A stretch of 64,000 nt of DNA from Candidatus Latescibacterota bacterium (GCA_965219995.1 CBDCOX010000002.1:2528001-2592000); one strand, 5' to 3'. Positions 1-10,496 are shown, counted from the stretch's first letter. Made by a program: numbers and translations. The notes: generated by a model from the letters alone, not told the origin.

Positions 1-826
1 TTGGCTCACGGCGCAAAGTTTCGAGAGGAATCAATCGATCCAACACCGGTTGTTCTAGTGTTCCGCCATAGGTGAACCGAACTTGATGCTGTGGTCGAGG
101 AGGTTCGTTCCAGAACCACACCACAGCCGACGACACAAGCGCATCGCAGAATTGCACGTCATTCGGATCGAAGCGGTGAATGTGATGAAGCGTCACCTTG
201 TCGAGCAGGTAGCGCTTCACCGCTACCCCGTACTTCACGTCCATGAATTCGCTGGGGATCAACCAGCCAGCCAGCCCGCCGGCGGTCATCCACATATGAC
301 TTATGCACAGGAAATAGCAATAAAGCCCGGCCAGACCGTTAATTTTCACGCCGGAAGCGGCTTGCGCGCGCGACCTTAACAGCTTTTTCTCCTCACTGTC
401 AATATGGTGGTGCCGCACATAGGGAGGATTACAGATCAGCAGATTGAACCGATCGGAAGCCTCTGGCGCATCGGCCCGCGTGAAGTCTTCCAATATGATT
501 TCCAGACCCGTCTTGCCCCACAGCGTCGTTGCCGGCCTGCCGTAATGCGGATCTATCTCATATCCAATGGCAGCGTCGATACGTGCTTGGGAAAACGCGT
601 GCAGCATCGCCGAATAGAAAGCGCCAGTCCCGATAGCCGGGTCGATGAAACGCAATCTCTCGTTCTTGCCGAGACGCGCCTTCGCGTATCGCTGAATATC
701 GACAGCAAGGCTGGTTGGTGTAGCGAACTGCCCCATTCTGTTTCGTACGGCTGCGTCTCTTCTCGCATCCAGTTCTTCCTGAAGTGCCAGCCGCCGAGTC
801 TCCAATCCTGCAACCGCCATATTCAT
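1..826 (-). CDS. N6-adenine DNA methyltransferase (gamma-class/Eco57I-like), partner of the XamI-family REase; truncated by the window edge
   Basis: Manual translation from ATG at 826: MNMAVAGLETRRLALQEELD...MGQFATP...FIDPAIGTGAF (motif I)...NLLICNPPYVRHH (motif IV). Starts 3 nt after the REase stop. Confidence 0.9.
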   Translation of the reverse strand, partial: MNMAVAGLETRRLALQEELDARRDAAVRNRMGQFATPTSLAVDIQRYAKARLGKNERLRFIDPAIGTGAFYSAMLHAFSQARIDAAIGYEIDPHYGRPATTLWGKTGLEIILEDFTRADAPEASDRFNLLICNPPYVRHHHIDSEEKKLLRSRAQAASGVKINGLAGLYCYFLCISHMWMTAGGLAGWLIPSEFMDVKYGVAVKRYLLDKVTLHHIHRFDPNDVQFCDALVSSAVVWFWNEPPRPQHQVRFTYGGTLEQPVLDRLIPLETLRREP

Positions 827-829
827 AAT

Positions 830-1795
830 CTACAACCCAAGCTCGTCGAGGTCGTTGATACGATGCTCCCAGACCCAGTCAATGCCCTCCGCCGCCTCAT
901 AGCCGAGATAGCCGCTATCAAAATACCCGCACAGAAACAGAATGTAGCGCACGTTGTTCCCATAGGTCTGGCGCAGTTGGTTCATCTTGGTCGCTTCTTC
1001 TTTACGTCGCTTGTTGACATTCGTGAAATCACCCGCCGATTTTGCTTCAATCAGTATTGGTAAGTCCGCTGTCTTCGCCCCTTTGGGCTTCACAACCGCG
1101 TCCACAGGAATATTGATCGCCTCCCCGATCCCTTCCTGCTCAACCGGCACATTTAGCCGGAACGAGTACGTTCCAGGACGCATGGCGTCATACTTCGTAC
1201 CACTACCCGTCGGCAGGTTTTTATACCTGAGTGCCTTTAACCATTTGTCAATCGCGGCAAGCTGACGTTTTTCCTGCGCATTTCGGATGATTGGATTGGC
1301 AACGGCTCCGCACAAGCGATCAGCCACGATCGTCGCCGCCCGGTAGAATTCCTGTTCGGACGGATTGTCCCTACGTTCCAACCAAACAAAGACGTCCGGA
1401 TCAGCCATCTTCTCGATGACCCTTGCAATCTTCTCAAGCTCGCTGTTCAGCTTCCGACCCGGCATTCGCGGTGGGAGTCTCTTATCCTTCTCCATCGACC
1501 TGACCAGGTTCTTAGAGACGCCGGCAAGGCCGATCAGCCGGTCCACGGCCAACGGCGGGCACGTCGACATGCGTAATGACGGCAACACCGACGGTTTCGA
1601 TCTCAGCAGTTCAACTCCGACATACGTTAAGTTCTTCGTCGCCTCGAGGGTCGCCTCCACATCCTTAGCGGTTTGCGTCCGTGTAGAACGGTAAGCCTCC
1701 GGTGCAAAGCGCATAAACCAGTCGTTGAACATGTCCACCGACTGCGCAATGTCCTCTTTCCACCGGTCCGGTTTATCTCTGTTGATGGCCATCAA
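830..1795 (-). CDS. XamI-family type II restriction endonuclease
   Basis: N-terminus MAINRDKPDRWKEDIAQSVDMFNDWF, PD-(D/E)xK-like PVDAVV...LIEAKSAGDFTNVNKRRKEEA; adjacent MTase. Confidence 0.85.
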   Translation of the reverse strand: MMAINRDKPDRWKEDIAQSVDMFNDWFMRFAPEAYRSTRTQTAKDVEATLEATKNLTYVGVELLRSKPSVLPSLRMSTCPPLAVDRLIGLAGVSKNLVRSMEKDKRLPPRMPGRKLNSELEKIARVIEKMADPDVFVWLERRDNPSEQEFYRAATIVADRLCGAVANPIIRNAQEKRQLAAIDKWLKALRYKNLPTGSGTKYDAMRPGTYSFRLNVPVEQEGIGEAINIPVDAVVKPKGAKTADLPILIEAKSAGDFTNVNKRRKEEATKMNQLRQTYGNNVRYILFLCGYFDSGYLGYEAAEGIDWVWEHRINDLDELGL

Positions 1796-2002
1796 TCCTT
1801 CTACCTTATCTGAACTCCCAGCTTTGCGTTCCGGTAATGTTCCATCGTCTCATCACAAAGTTCCATCCGGTACGCACTTCGGAATACGAGTCACTTCTGA
1901 TTTCGACCGCTGCTGCTCCGGCAGCCTCATTCTTACTTCCTCCGTGGACATCCGACCTGATAGGTCGGCTAGGCGCGTCTGGCGATTCCGTCCGTCAGGC
2001 GA

Positions 2003-2935
2003 TCAAAATTCGCGCAATAGACGATCGGCAGCGGTGTAAGGATCGTCCTTTCCGGCCCCGATGTCTGCCGCCACCCTGTCAAGAGACTCCGGCGACAGCG
2101 CTGCACTGAATCGGAGACGGAGCAGCGTCTCGACGCGCTCCTTTACCTCACGCCGGATCTGCTGTTCCCGCAGAACCGCCAGCCTGTCTTCCGCTTTCAG
2201 GTGACACGAGTATTCCCGGAGCGCTTCGTACAGCTCGCCGACGCCGTTGCCGTTCGTGCCCACCGTGCGAACGAGCCGCGTTTCCCAGCCATCGACCTCG
2301 CCGCGGGCGTGAAGGGATTCGGCGAGCTCTCCCGCCAATCCGGACGCACCGGGACGGTCGGACTTATTCAGGGCAATCACGTCCGCAATTTCCATCACGC
2401 CCGCTTTCATCACCTGGATTTCGTCGCCCGCCTCCGGCACGAGGGTCAGCACGACGGCATCGACACACCAGGTCACATCCACGTCGGTCTGCCCGACCCC
2501 CGCCGTCTCGACGAGTACCACGTCCTTCCCCATCGCTTCCATCACCCGCATCGCGTCGCGCGCCGCGCGGCACAGCCCGCCCGGCAGACCCTCGTTCCCC
2601 ATGCTTCGAATAAACACCGACGGATCGCGCGACAGCGTCTGCATCCGGATCCGATCGCCCAGCAGGGCGCCGCCGGAAAACGGGCTGGCGATATCCACGG
2701 CCAGAATGCCCACCGCCCTTCCGGCTTCACGAAAGCGCGTTGCGAGACACGCCGCAAGCGTACTCTTGCCCGCGCCGGGCGGTCCGGTGATGCCGATCCG
2801 GTAAGCGCCGCCCGTTGAAGGGTATAGGGCCGCAAGAAGGGGCGACACATTGTCTTCCCGTCGCTCGATGAGCGAAATGGCGCGCGCCGCGGCGCGGACG
2901 TCACCCTTCAGCACCCGTCCGGCCAGATCTCTCAT
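2003..2935 (-). CDS. meaB: Methylmalonyl-CoA mutase-associated GTPase MeaB/ArgK
   Basis: GITGPPGAGKST, SPFSGGALLGDRIRM, VETAGVGQ, NKSD; ATGA overlap with the upstream gene places the start at 2935. Confidence 0.9.
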   Translation of the reverse strand: MRDLAGRVLKGDVRAAARAISLIERREDNVSPLLAALYPSTGGAYRIGITGPPGAGKSTLAACLATRFREAGRAVGILAVDIASPFSGGALLGDRIRMQTLSRDPSVFIRSMGNEGLPGGLCRAARDAMRVMEAMGKDVVLVETAGVGQTDVDVTWCVDAVVLTLVPEAGDEIQVMKAGVMEIADVIALNKSDRPGASGLAGELAESLHARGEVDGWETRLVRTVGTNGNGVGELYEALREYSCHLKAEDRLAVLREQQIRREVKERVETLLRLRFSAALSPESLDRVAADIGAGKDDPYTAADRLLREF

Positions 2936-3327
2936 TTCACGGCTTCCCGGAGACACGCGATAATATCGCCGGTATGGGTCCCGGGCCCCCAGAAGAACGC
3001 CAGCCCTTTCGCCTCGAGGGCCTCCCGGTCCGCCGGAGAAACGATGCCGCCGCCAACCACCAGAATTTCGTCCGCGCCCCGCTCCCTGAGGAGGTCCATC
3101 ACCTTCGGAAAGATCGTCAGATGGGCTCCCGACAGAGAACTGATCCCCAGCACGTCCACGTCTTCCTGCATCGCGGTGTTCACCACCTCATCCGCGGTGC
3201 GGTGCAGACCCGTATAGATAACCTCCATCCCCGCGTCCCGCAGCGCGCGCGCCACCACCTTCGCGCCCCGGTCGTGCCCGTCCAGGCCCACCTTCGCAAT
3301 CAGAACCCGTATTTTGCGACCGGACAC
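2932..3327 (-). CDS. Cobalamin-binding domain protein (acyl-CoA mutase small subunit)
   Basis: AKVGLDGHDRGAKVVARALRDAGMEVIYTG (DxHxxG B12 motif), SSLSGAH, VVGGG. Confidence 0.92.
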   Translation of the reverse strand: MSGRKIRVLIAKVGLDGHDRGAKVVARALRDAGMEVIYTGLHRTADEVVNTAMQEDVDVLGISSLSGAHLTIFPKVMDLLRERGADEILVVGGGIVSPADREALEAKGLAFFWGPGTHTGDIIACLREAVK

Positions 3328-3588
3328 CTCCGCCTCCCCAAATGATCGGCGCGGAAACTCATCGCGTCACCGCGTCCGCTTGAATGACAATGCCTGCGGC
3401 GCAAATTCCCGTATGGTTCCGTGATCCTGGAACCCTCAGGTCCCAATGCAGATCCGAACATCGCCGTTTGCGAATCCTCGGCGCAGTACCTATATTCATC
3501 ATGAAATCACTTCGCACGCAGACGCGACGCCTCAATCTACGAGATTCAGACCAGCCACAAACCCCGGCTATGGCAGAAAGGGCGAAAA

Positions 3589-4362
3589 ATGGAGGTACCG
3601 GAAACCCTGATTCCCGACGGAGTTGCCGGTTTTCGCAGGAACGGATACGTCCGGCTGAGTAACCTCTTCAGTGAAGCCGAAGTCCGCATTCTGCTCGACG
3701 CGGTCGAAACGGGCGCGCGGGTGGCCGAGAACACCCGCGCCACCTCGGATGCATCGGGAAAGTCGTCCCGGCTGGCGATCTGGCACGAACTTGGCAACGA
3801 CATCTGGACCGCGGTCTCCACGTGTCCCCGCATCGTCAACAATATCCGCATCCTTCTGGGCGAAGAGGTCGCCTTTTTCCACGGCAAGGTGATGTTCAAG
3901 GACGCCCACGAAGGCGGGGCATGGGAGTGGCACCAGGACTACGGGTACTGGTACGACCAGGGGTTCGTCTTTCCCAGGATGATCAGCGCGTTTATCGCCC
4001 TGGACGCATGCACGCGGGAAAATGGCTGCCTGCGGGTCCTTCGCGGGTCCCATCGCCTCGGGCGGCTGGATCACGTCAGAGTCGGCACCCAGACCGGCAC
4101 CGACCCCGAAAGAATCGAGGGTATCGAACCCCTGTTCGATTGCATCAACTGCGAGATGTCACCGGGTTCGGTCCTCTTCTTCGACTGCAACCTTCTCCAT
4201 TCCTCCGCGCCCAATACATCCAGCCGGCATCGACGGTCGTTCATCATCTGTTACAACGCGCTGGGCAACCCCCAGTTGGGCGGCAGGGAAACCGCCGACC
4301 AATACCCCTGTCCCGTGGGACCGGATGACGCCATACTGGAGTACGGCCGGGCGCGCGGATAG
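3589..4362 (+). CDS. Phytanoyl-CoA dioxygenase (PhyH) family Fe/2OG dioxygenase
   Basis: WHQDYGYW (HxD), NGCLRVLRGSH, LLHSSAPN, RRSF. Confidence 0.88.
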   Translation: MEVPETLIPDGVAGFRRNGYVRLSNLFSEAEVRILLDAVETGARVAENTRATSDASGKSSRLAIWHELGNDIWTAVSTCPRIVNNIRILLGEEVAFFHGKVMFKDAHEGGAWEWHQDYGYWYDQGFVFPRMISAFIALDACTRENGCLRVLRGSHRLGRLDHVRVGTQTGTDPERIEGIEPLFDCINCEMSPGSVLFFDCNLLHSSAPNTSSRHRRSFIICYNALGNPQLGGRETADQYPCPVGPDDAILEYGRARG

Positions 4363-4539
4363 CCGGGTTTACTCCCTAACAGCCCGTTGATAAAGTCCAT
4401 CCGGGCTGCGTCCGGCCCTTGTGACCGAATTACTTCGTTGCGCTCCCTCCCCGAATCCAGGGATGCGCGTCGGTCGCGCGCCTTGTCTTCGGCCACAATG
4501 ACTCGGCCTCGCCTGCAGAGCGACTTTACCAACGGACTG

Positions 4540-5583
4540 CTAACCGCTCAATACCTCGAGTTCACGGTCCGGACCCGTCAGCGGCAACTCGACCCACGCG
4601 GCGTTTCCGCCATGGGAAACGTGAAAGCCCACAATGGCCTCCAGCGTCCGCACAGCTTCCGTTGCGGCATAGGGAAAGGGCGCTTTGCCGTCCAGCCAAT
4701 CCACAATCTCGCCCACCGCCACGTCCATCGAACTTGAGGAACCGTGAGGATCCGGCCAGTGCTCCCGCCGACCGTCGCGGAACTCCAGGACCACGTCCCT
4801 GCCGTCCAGCGCGGCGCAGCCTTCCGTACCGTGGACCGCGATCCGCGGCGGCAATGTCGCATCGTCCGCCGCGTCGACGGTGCAGATCAGTCCGCGCTCG
4901 AGACGCAGCATGCCCCATCCGCCGGGGTCGCGGAACTGTGCGCCGCGGCAATCCGGCTTCCCGGCCGGATCCAGCGTGCCCGAGACCGCCTCGACGGTCC
5001 GTCCCGTCAACATCTGGATCGTGTCGATGAAATGCGTTCCGACGTTGCCAAGCCGCCCCGAGCCCCATTGCACGGTAGCCGACGTCAGCTCTCCCAATGC
5101 GCCTTCGACCACGAGGTCGCGCAGACGCCGGGCGTTGGCCTGAAAACGGCGGTTGTGGTTCACGACGAGGAGCGTTCCGGCGTCTGCGCAGGCGCTGCGC
5201 ATCCGTTCCGCGTCCGATGCACGGGTCGCGACGGGTTTTTCGCAATAGACGGCTCGCACCCCTTGCCGTGCGCAGGCGACCGTGATGTCTGCATGAAAAG
5301 GCGCATAGGTCGCGACGCTTACGATGTCCAGTGATTCCTCTGCCAGCATTTTCCGCCAGTCGGCGCAGGTCGGTACGCCCGTCCGGGCGTGAAACCGCTC
5401 CCTGCGTCCGCTGTCCCGGCTGGACCCGGACGCGATTACGACCCGCGGATGTCCGCTCAACGCATCCGTGTGAGTACCGTCCAGGTCGCTTACGAATTGG
5501 CCTATTGCGTCGCCCGATACCTGGTCCGCGCCGCCGATGAATCCCAGACCCACGATCCCGGCACGATAGGTTTTTTCAGCCAT
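4540..5583 (-). CDS. Gfo/Idh/MocA family oxidoreductase
   Basis: AGIVGLGFIG, YCEKPVA, VNHNRRF, GTHFID. Confidence 0.88.
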   Translation of the reverse strand: MAEKTYRAGIVGLGFIGGADQVSGDAIGQFVSDLDGTHTDALSGHPRVVIASGSSRDSGRRERFHARTGVPTCADWRKMLAEESLDIVSVATYAPFHADITVACARQGVRAVYCEKPVATRASDAERMRSACADAGTLLVVNHNRRFQANARRLRDLVVEGALGELTSATVQWGSGRLGNVGTHFIDTIQMLTGRTVEAVSGTLDPAGKPDCRGAQFRDPGGWGMLRLERGLICTVDAADDATLPPRIAVHGTEGCAALDGRDVVLEFRDGRREHWPDPHGSSSSMDVAVGEIVDWLDGKAPFPYAATEAVRTLEAIVGFHVSHGGNAAWVELPLTGPDRELEVLSG

Positions 5584-5696
5584 GGTTTCTCCCCGATCGG
5601 TTCGACTCACAGCGATTCGGCCCCACGTGCGCTTCACGTCCCGAGTGCGATGCCGGACGTCATTCGTTCGGTTGGGCTCCGTCCGGCCCGGCGTCT

Positions 5697-6356
5697 TTAC
5701 CCATACAGTTCAACGGCCCGCCAGAGATACCAGCTCGCGACCGACCGGAACGGACGCCAGATTTCACCGTGTTCCAGCAGGTCCGCGGGCCCGGGCAGCC
5801 CGCCCGACCCGTAGGTGAGCATAAACCCCTTTCTGACGCCCAGGTCCTTGACCGGCAGCACGTCCGCCCGGCCCAGATCGAATATCAGCATCATCTGCAC
5901 GGTCCACTCGCCCACCCCCCGGACGCGCGTGAAACGCTTGATGATCTCGTCATCAGGCATCCCGTTCAGCCGCGGCCCCGGCGGGACATCTCCCTCGAGC
6001 GTCTTTTCGGCAAGGTCTTTTATGGCAGCCACCTTGGCCCTGGACATTCCCGCACCGCGAAACGCTTCGTCGGGCAGCGCCAGCACCTGTTCCGGCTCAG
6101 GATGCGTGCTTTCCGGAAACAGATCCAGAACCCTGCCGTAGATCGTCCCGGCGGCCTTCCCGGAAAGCTGCTGGTAGACAATCGAGCGCATCAGCGCCCG
6201 AAACGGATGGTACGGCGCTCGCGCTTCCAGCAGGCACGGGCCGGCGCGTTCCATCAATCGTCCCATGGGCGCGTCCGCCTTCGAAAGCGCCGCAACCGCT
6301 TCTCCGGGATCGTATGTCAATCCATTTGCGATGTCCGGTACCACATTGCGATTCAT
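5697..6356 (-). CDS. DNA-3-methyladenine glycosylase II (AlkA family, HhH-GPD)
   Basis: SIVYQQLSGKAA, VRGVGEWTVQM, DVLPVKDLGV, WRPFRSVASWYLW. Confidence 0.88.
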   Translation of the reverse strand: MNRNVVPDIANGLTYDPGEAVAALSKADAPMGRLMERAGPCLLEARAPYHPFRALMRSIVYQQLSGKAAGTIYGRVLDLFPESTHPEPEQVLALPDEAFRGAGMSRAKVAAIKDLAEKTLEGDVPPGPRLNGMPDDEIIKRFTRVRGVGEWTVQMMLIFDLGRADVLPVKDLGVRKGFMLTYGSGGLPGPADLLEHGEIWRPFRSVASWYLWRAVELYG

Positions 6357-7318
6357 GAGTTCGTTGTCGAGTGACCGCGTTTCAATGCCGCGGCCAGGGC
6401 GACCGCGCCCAGCAGGCCCGAATTACCCTCGAGTCTGGCGGGTAGAATTCGCAGATGGGGGCGGTGTACGGGCATCAGAAACCGGTCCGCCTGTTCGCGC
6501 AACGGTTCCAGGAGCACCCTGCCCGCTTTGGCCACGCTGCCGCCAATCACGATGGCTTCGGGCGCGAGCGCATTCATCGCGGCCGCCACGCCCATGCCCA
6601 GATACCGGCAGGACTCATTCACCAGCTCCAGGGCCAGCCCGTCGCCGGTTCGCGCGGCATCGAAGACCGCTTTGGCCGTAATCGGACCTTCCGACGCCTG
6701 CCGGATGCCGCGGCCTCTCCGAGGCTGCCCGCGTACGGCCTCTTCACCGCGGCGCCCGATGGCCGTGCCGGAACACAGCGCTTCGAGGCACCCGCGATTG
6801 CCGCAGTCGCAGAGCGGCCCGTCCGGAAGGACCGGCACGTGCCCGAGTTCGCCCGCGTTGCCGTTGGCGCCCCTGTAGATCTCCCGGTCGATGATAATCC
6901 CGGCGCCGATGCCCGTCCCGATATTGTAGTAGACCATGTGGCGGCAGCCTCTGCCCGCTCCGAACGTGATTTCGCCCAGCGCGCCTACGTTGGCGTCGTT
7001 GTCCACAATGGCCGGTACTCCCAGACTCCCGTGAATCGCCTCCGGAATGGCTACGTCGTCCCAACCCGGCACGTGCGTGGAATTGACGATCCGCTGCGCT
7101 TCGAAATCCACCGGGCCGCCGAAACTGATTCCGCACGCGGTCACGGTTGCCGGGGATGACGCAAGCAGCCGCCGCCCCTCTTCAAGGATGCGATCAATCA
7201 TCCATCGGGCGCCGCCGGAGCGATCGGTGGCGCCGGTCTTCCGCTTGAGAATGCGCCCGTCCGACGTCCCCAACCCCAGACGGAAACGGGTGCCGCCGAT
7301 ATCGACCGCAAGAACCAT
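6353..7318 (-). CDS. ROK family sugar kinase
   Basis: AVDIGGT, DNDANVGALGE, GTGIGAG, GELGH...CDCGNRGCLEA. Confidence 0.92.
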   Translation of the reverse strand: MVLAVDIGGTRFRLGLGTSDGRILKRKTGATDRSGGARWMIDRILEEGRRLLASSPATVTACGISFGGPVDFEAQRIVNSTHVPGWDDVAIPEAIHGSLGVPAIVDNDANVGALGEITFGAGRGCRHMVYYNIGTGIGAGIIIDREIYRGANGNAGELGHVPVLPDGPLCDCGNRGCLEALCSGTAIGRRGEEAVRGQPRRGRGIRQASEGPITAKAVFDAARTGDGLALELVNESCRYLGMGVAAAMNALAPEAIVIGGSVAKAGRVLLEPLREQADRFLMPVHRPHLRILPARLEGNSGLLGAVALAAALKRGHSTTNS

Positions 7319-7328
7319 GAAGACCGCC

Positions 7329-8093
7329 TCAGTCCGCCAGCCCGCGGTCGCGAAGGTAGTCCAGCGACCGCTCGACCCGGTCTTCCACCTCCTGCCGCGT
7401 CAGCGACTCGCCGCTGATCCCCTCCACTTCGAGCGTGTAGGGGCCGTTGCGGCCGTGACCCGCGAATATCTCGAAAATAGAGGGGAAATCCACGATCCCT
7501 TCTCCGAGTGCGGGAAAATGCCACGTCTGATAGGCGCCGTTCGTATCCTTGAGATGCACGGCCGCGGCCGCGTGGGCGATCTTTCGAAACTGATCGACCG
7601 AATCCACGCCTTCATTGTAATAGTGCACGTTTGCCGTATCGAAATTGACCCGGATATTCGGATGGTCCACGCACCTCATCGTCTCCAGCGCGACGTCGGC
7701 ATTCGTGACCAGGTCCGGATGCGTTTCCATGGCCACGACAATCCCCCGTTCAGCCGCGGCATCGCCGATGTCCTGTAGTCTCCCGTAGACGAAGTCCCGG
7801 TCTATACCTCCGGTCTTTACGCTCGTGAATACCAGGCCGACCCCCATCTCCGCCACAGTATTCAGGGCGTGCGCGAACCGCTGGACCGCGTCGTCGGCGT
7901 GCATCTCGCAGCGGATGATGAGGCTCGATGGACGCAGTCCGAACCGGTCGAGCTCACGCTGCACCGCATCCCTCTCCTCGGGCTCGGGGCATGGAATCTC
8001 CACGTTGGTGAGACCGATCCGGGCAAGATGTTCGAATGCGCCGTCGCGATATTGTCGATAGCTGTTCAGGTTGCACGCAATCAGGTTTGGCAT
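7329..8093 (-). CDS. Sugar phosphate isomerase/epimerase (AP endonuclease 2 TIM barrel)
   Basis: AMETH, NFDTAN, VHLKD, LGEGIVDF, TLEVE. Confidence 0.85.
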   Translation of the reverse strand: MPNLIACNLNSYRQYRDGAFEHLARIGLTNVEIPCPEPEERDAVQRELDRFGLRPSSLIIRCEMHADDAVQRFAHALNTVAEMGVGLVFTSVKTGGIDRDFVYGRLQDIGDAAAERGIVVAMETHPDLVTNADVALETMRCVDHPNIRVNFDTANVHYYNEGVDSVDQFRKIAHAAAAVHLKDTNGAYQTWHFPALGEGIVDFPSIFEIFAGHGRNGPYTLEVEGISGESLTRQEVEDRVERSLDYLRDRGLAD

Positions 8094-8139
8094 GGCTCCT
8101 CCCGTTGGTCGTGGCCGAGGACCGGTCCACTGTACGGCT

Positions 8140-9396
8140 CTATCCGTGTCGAATCCAGCGGACCATTTCCGACAGCGTGGCCCGCTTGCCCCGCATCAGG
8201 ATCCCCACCCGGTAGATCCGTCCTGCCGCCCACATGACCCCTGCAATCGTCCCGATCAGAATCAGCACCGACGCCGCGATTTCGATCATCGGAGGGGTGA
8301 GGACGTTCACCCGCACAATCATGATCATAGGCGCAAAGAACGGAATCAGCGACATCACCACGGAAGGGGCGGCATTGGGCTGCCGGGTGATGAACGTCAT
8401 GGCAAGCAGCGAGAGGATCATGGGGACGATGACGAGGATCTGCAAGTGCTGCGCATCCTGTTCGGTGTCGCAGATTGCGCCGATGATCGCGTAGAGCGTG
8501 GCGTACAGGAAATAACCCAGGATGAAGTAGATCCCGAAGTAGATAACCACGCCCGTTTCGATCGCGAAGGGCAGGTTGGGACCGAACGCCATCCTGCCAT
8601 AGGCCGTGGCCAGCAGACCCACGCCGATCCAGACCGTGACCTGGACCAGGCTGGCTGCGCCGATGCCCAGAATCTTCCCGGCCATCATCTGCATGGGATC
8701 GACCGAGGAAAGCATCACCTCCACCATGCGGGTGGACTTCTCTTCAAGGACCCCGCGCATGACCATGATTCCATACAGGATGGTTACCATATAAAGCAAC
8801 ATCGCGAATGCAAACGAGGTGAAATATTCACGGGCAAACCCGCTCTTCTTCTCCTTCCCCTTGACGATTTTCAGCGTTTGAAGCTGCACCCTGCGGGTCC
8901 ATTCTCTCACCTCTTCGGGATCCAGCCCCCGCTGCGCCAGCCTGTGGGCAACCACAATGTGAGTCAATGCACTCCGCAATCGCCCGACCTGCCGGATGTC
9001 GCTTACGTTCTTCCCGTAGAACCCGGCCTCGCCCTTCTCGAAAATATCGGGAGGCACCACAAGGTAGGCGTCCAGCTTTCCGGCGTTGATCTCGGAAGTA
9101 AGCTGTCGCCGCGTGGTTTCCAGGTCGGGGCCGGGCCGAACTTCCTGCAAGAGGTATTCCGGCCGGCCGTCCTCGAGTCGTTCGTCCAGGCGGGCTTCGA
9201 GCGGTCCGTACAGGATCCCGGTCCGGTCGACCACGGCGATGCGTTTCTGTTTGCCGACGTCGACACGCGCCAGAAAAACGGGGACGAGGATACTGGCCAC
9301 GACGAATACCGGCACCAGAAACAGGCCGATCAGGAAACTCTTCTTGCGGACGATTTCGACAAATTCCCGACGGACGATCTTCAATATCTTATTCAT
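8140..9396 (-). CDS. ABC-2 type transporter permease (NatB/YhaP-like)
   Basis: REFVEIVRKKSF, VLEEKSTRMVEVMLSS, multiple TM helices. Confidence 0.88.
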   Translation of the reverse strand: MNKILKIVRREFVEIVRKKSFLIGLFLVPVFVVASILVPVFLARVDVGKQKRIAVVDRTGILYGPLEARLDERLEDGRPEYLLQEVRPGPDLETTRRQLTSEINAGKLDAYLVVPPDIFEKGEAGFYGKNVSDIRQVGRLRSALTHIVVAHRLAQRGLDPEEVREWTRRVQLQTLKIVKGKEKKSGFAREYFTSFAFAMLLYMVTILYGIMVMRGVLEEKSTRMVEVMLSSVDPMQMMAGKILGIGAASLVQVTVWIGVGLLATAYGRMAFGPNLPFAIETGVVIYFGIYFILGYFLYATLYAIIGAICDTEQDAQHLQILVIVPMILSLLAMTFITRQPNAAPSVVMSLIPFFAPMIMIVRVNVLTPPMIEIAASVLILIGTIAGVMWAAGRIYRVGILMRGKRATLSEMVRWIRHG

Positions 9397-10306
9397 TCAG
9401 GTTCTCCCCGGAATCTTCGCCGCCCACAGCCATCAGAAAGATATCCCTCAGGGACGGCTCCGAGACTTCGAACCGGTGGATTCGAGCCCCGGACAGCGCC
9501 CGTCTCAGCAGGTCGCCGGGGTCCACGCCCGCCTGGAGTTCGACCTCGACGTGATTCCCGCGATGTTCAGCCTGCCGGACCAGTTCTGTGTCCTTGAGAA
9601 AATCATCGCTCCCGTCAAAGGCAATCCGCAACCGGTCCCTTTGATACATGGACTTCACCTCGGGAACCGTGCCTTCCAGAACCTTGCGGCCGCGGTTGAT
9701 CAGACAGATCCGGTCGCACAGCGCCTCTGCATCCTCCATCTGATGGGTGGAAAAAATGAGAATCTTGCCTTCGTTGGTCAGGGTCTGCATAATCTCCTTC
9801 AGGACCGCCACATTGATCGGGTCGAGCCCGCTGAACGGCTCGTCCAGAATCAGGAGATCGGGGTCGTGAATGACGGTGGCGATGAATTGCAGCTTTTGCT
9901 GCATACCCTTGGAAAGCTGATCCACGCGCCGGTTCGACCATTCCGACAGGCCCATGCGTTCCAGCCATTCTCCCGCGCGGCCCGCGGCTTCCGGGCGCGA
10001 GAGCGACTTGATCTCCCCCAGGAATACCAGCAGGTCCATCACCCGCATTTTGGGGTACAGCCCTCGTTCTTCGGGCAGATAGCCCACCCGGTCCTTCGAC
10101 AGTCCCTTTCCACCGTTGTCATAATCGATGTTCCCTGAATCCGGGGTGTAAATTCCCAGGACCGTGCGGATCGTGGTGGTCTTGCCGGCGCCGTTGGGCC
10201 CCAGCAGACCGTATACCTCGCCCGCCGCGATGTCGAGATCCAATCCCTCAACGGCCCGGACGCCGTCGAACGTCTTCGTGACCTGCCGGAGCACAATTCT
10301 GCGCAT
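9389..10306 (-). CDS. ABC transporter ATP-binding protein (YhaQ-like)
   Basis: GPNGAGKTT, LSKGMQQK, LILDEPFSGLDP; RBS GGGGAG precedes ATG at 10306. Confidence 0.92.
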   Translation of the reverse strand: MRRIVLRQVTKTFDGVRAVEGLDLDIAAGEVYGLLGPNGAGKTTTIRTVLGIYTPDSGNIDYDNGGKGLSKDRVGYLPEERGLYPKMRVMDLLVFLGEIKSLSRPEAAGRAGEWLERMGLSEWSNRRVDQLSKGMQQKLQFIATVIHDPDLLILDEPFSGLDPINVAVLKEIMQTLTNEGKILIFSTHQMEDAEALCDRICLINRGRKVLEGTVPEVKSMYQRDRLRIAFDGSDDFLKDTELVRQAEHRGNHVEVELQAGVDPGDLLRRALSGARIHRFEVSEPSLRDIFLMAVGGEDSGENLNE

Positions 10307-10496
10307 TCGGTTCTCCCCAACTGATTGTTCGGGGTAAGCGCGGTCCGACCATTGTCGAAGGCCGGGTACCTTCCCGTCGAACAGGCATATAATACGCGCA
10401 CCGGCAAGGGCGCGCAACAGGACTTTCCCCGCGTTTGAATGCAATCGCCGCCAGCCATCGCGATGATTCAACAGACTGGCATCTCGTCGTTACACT

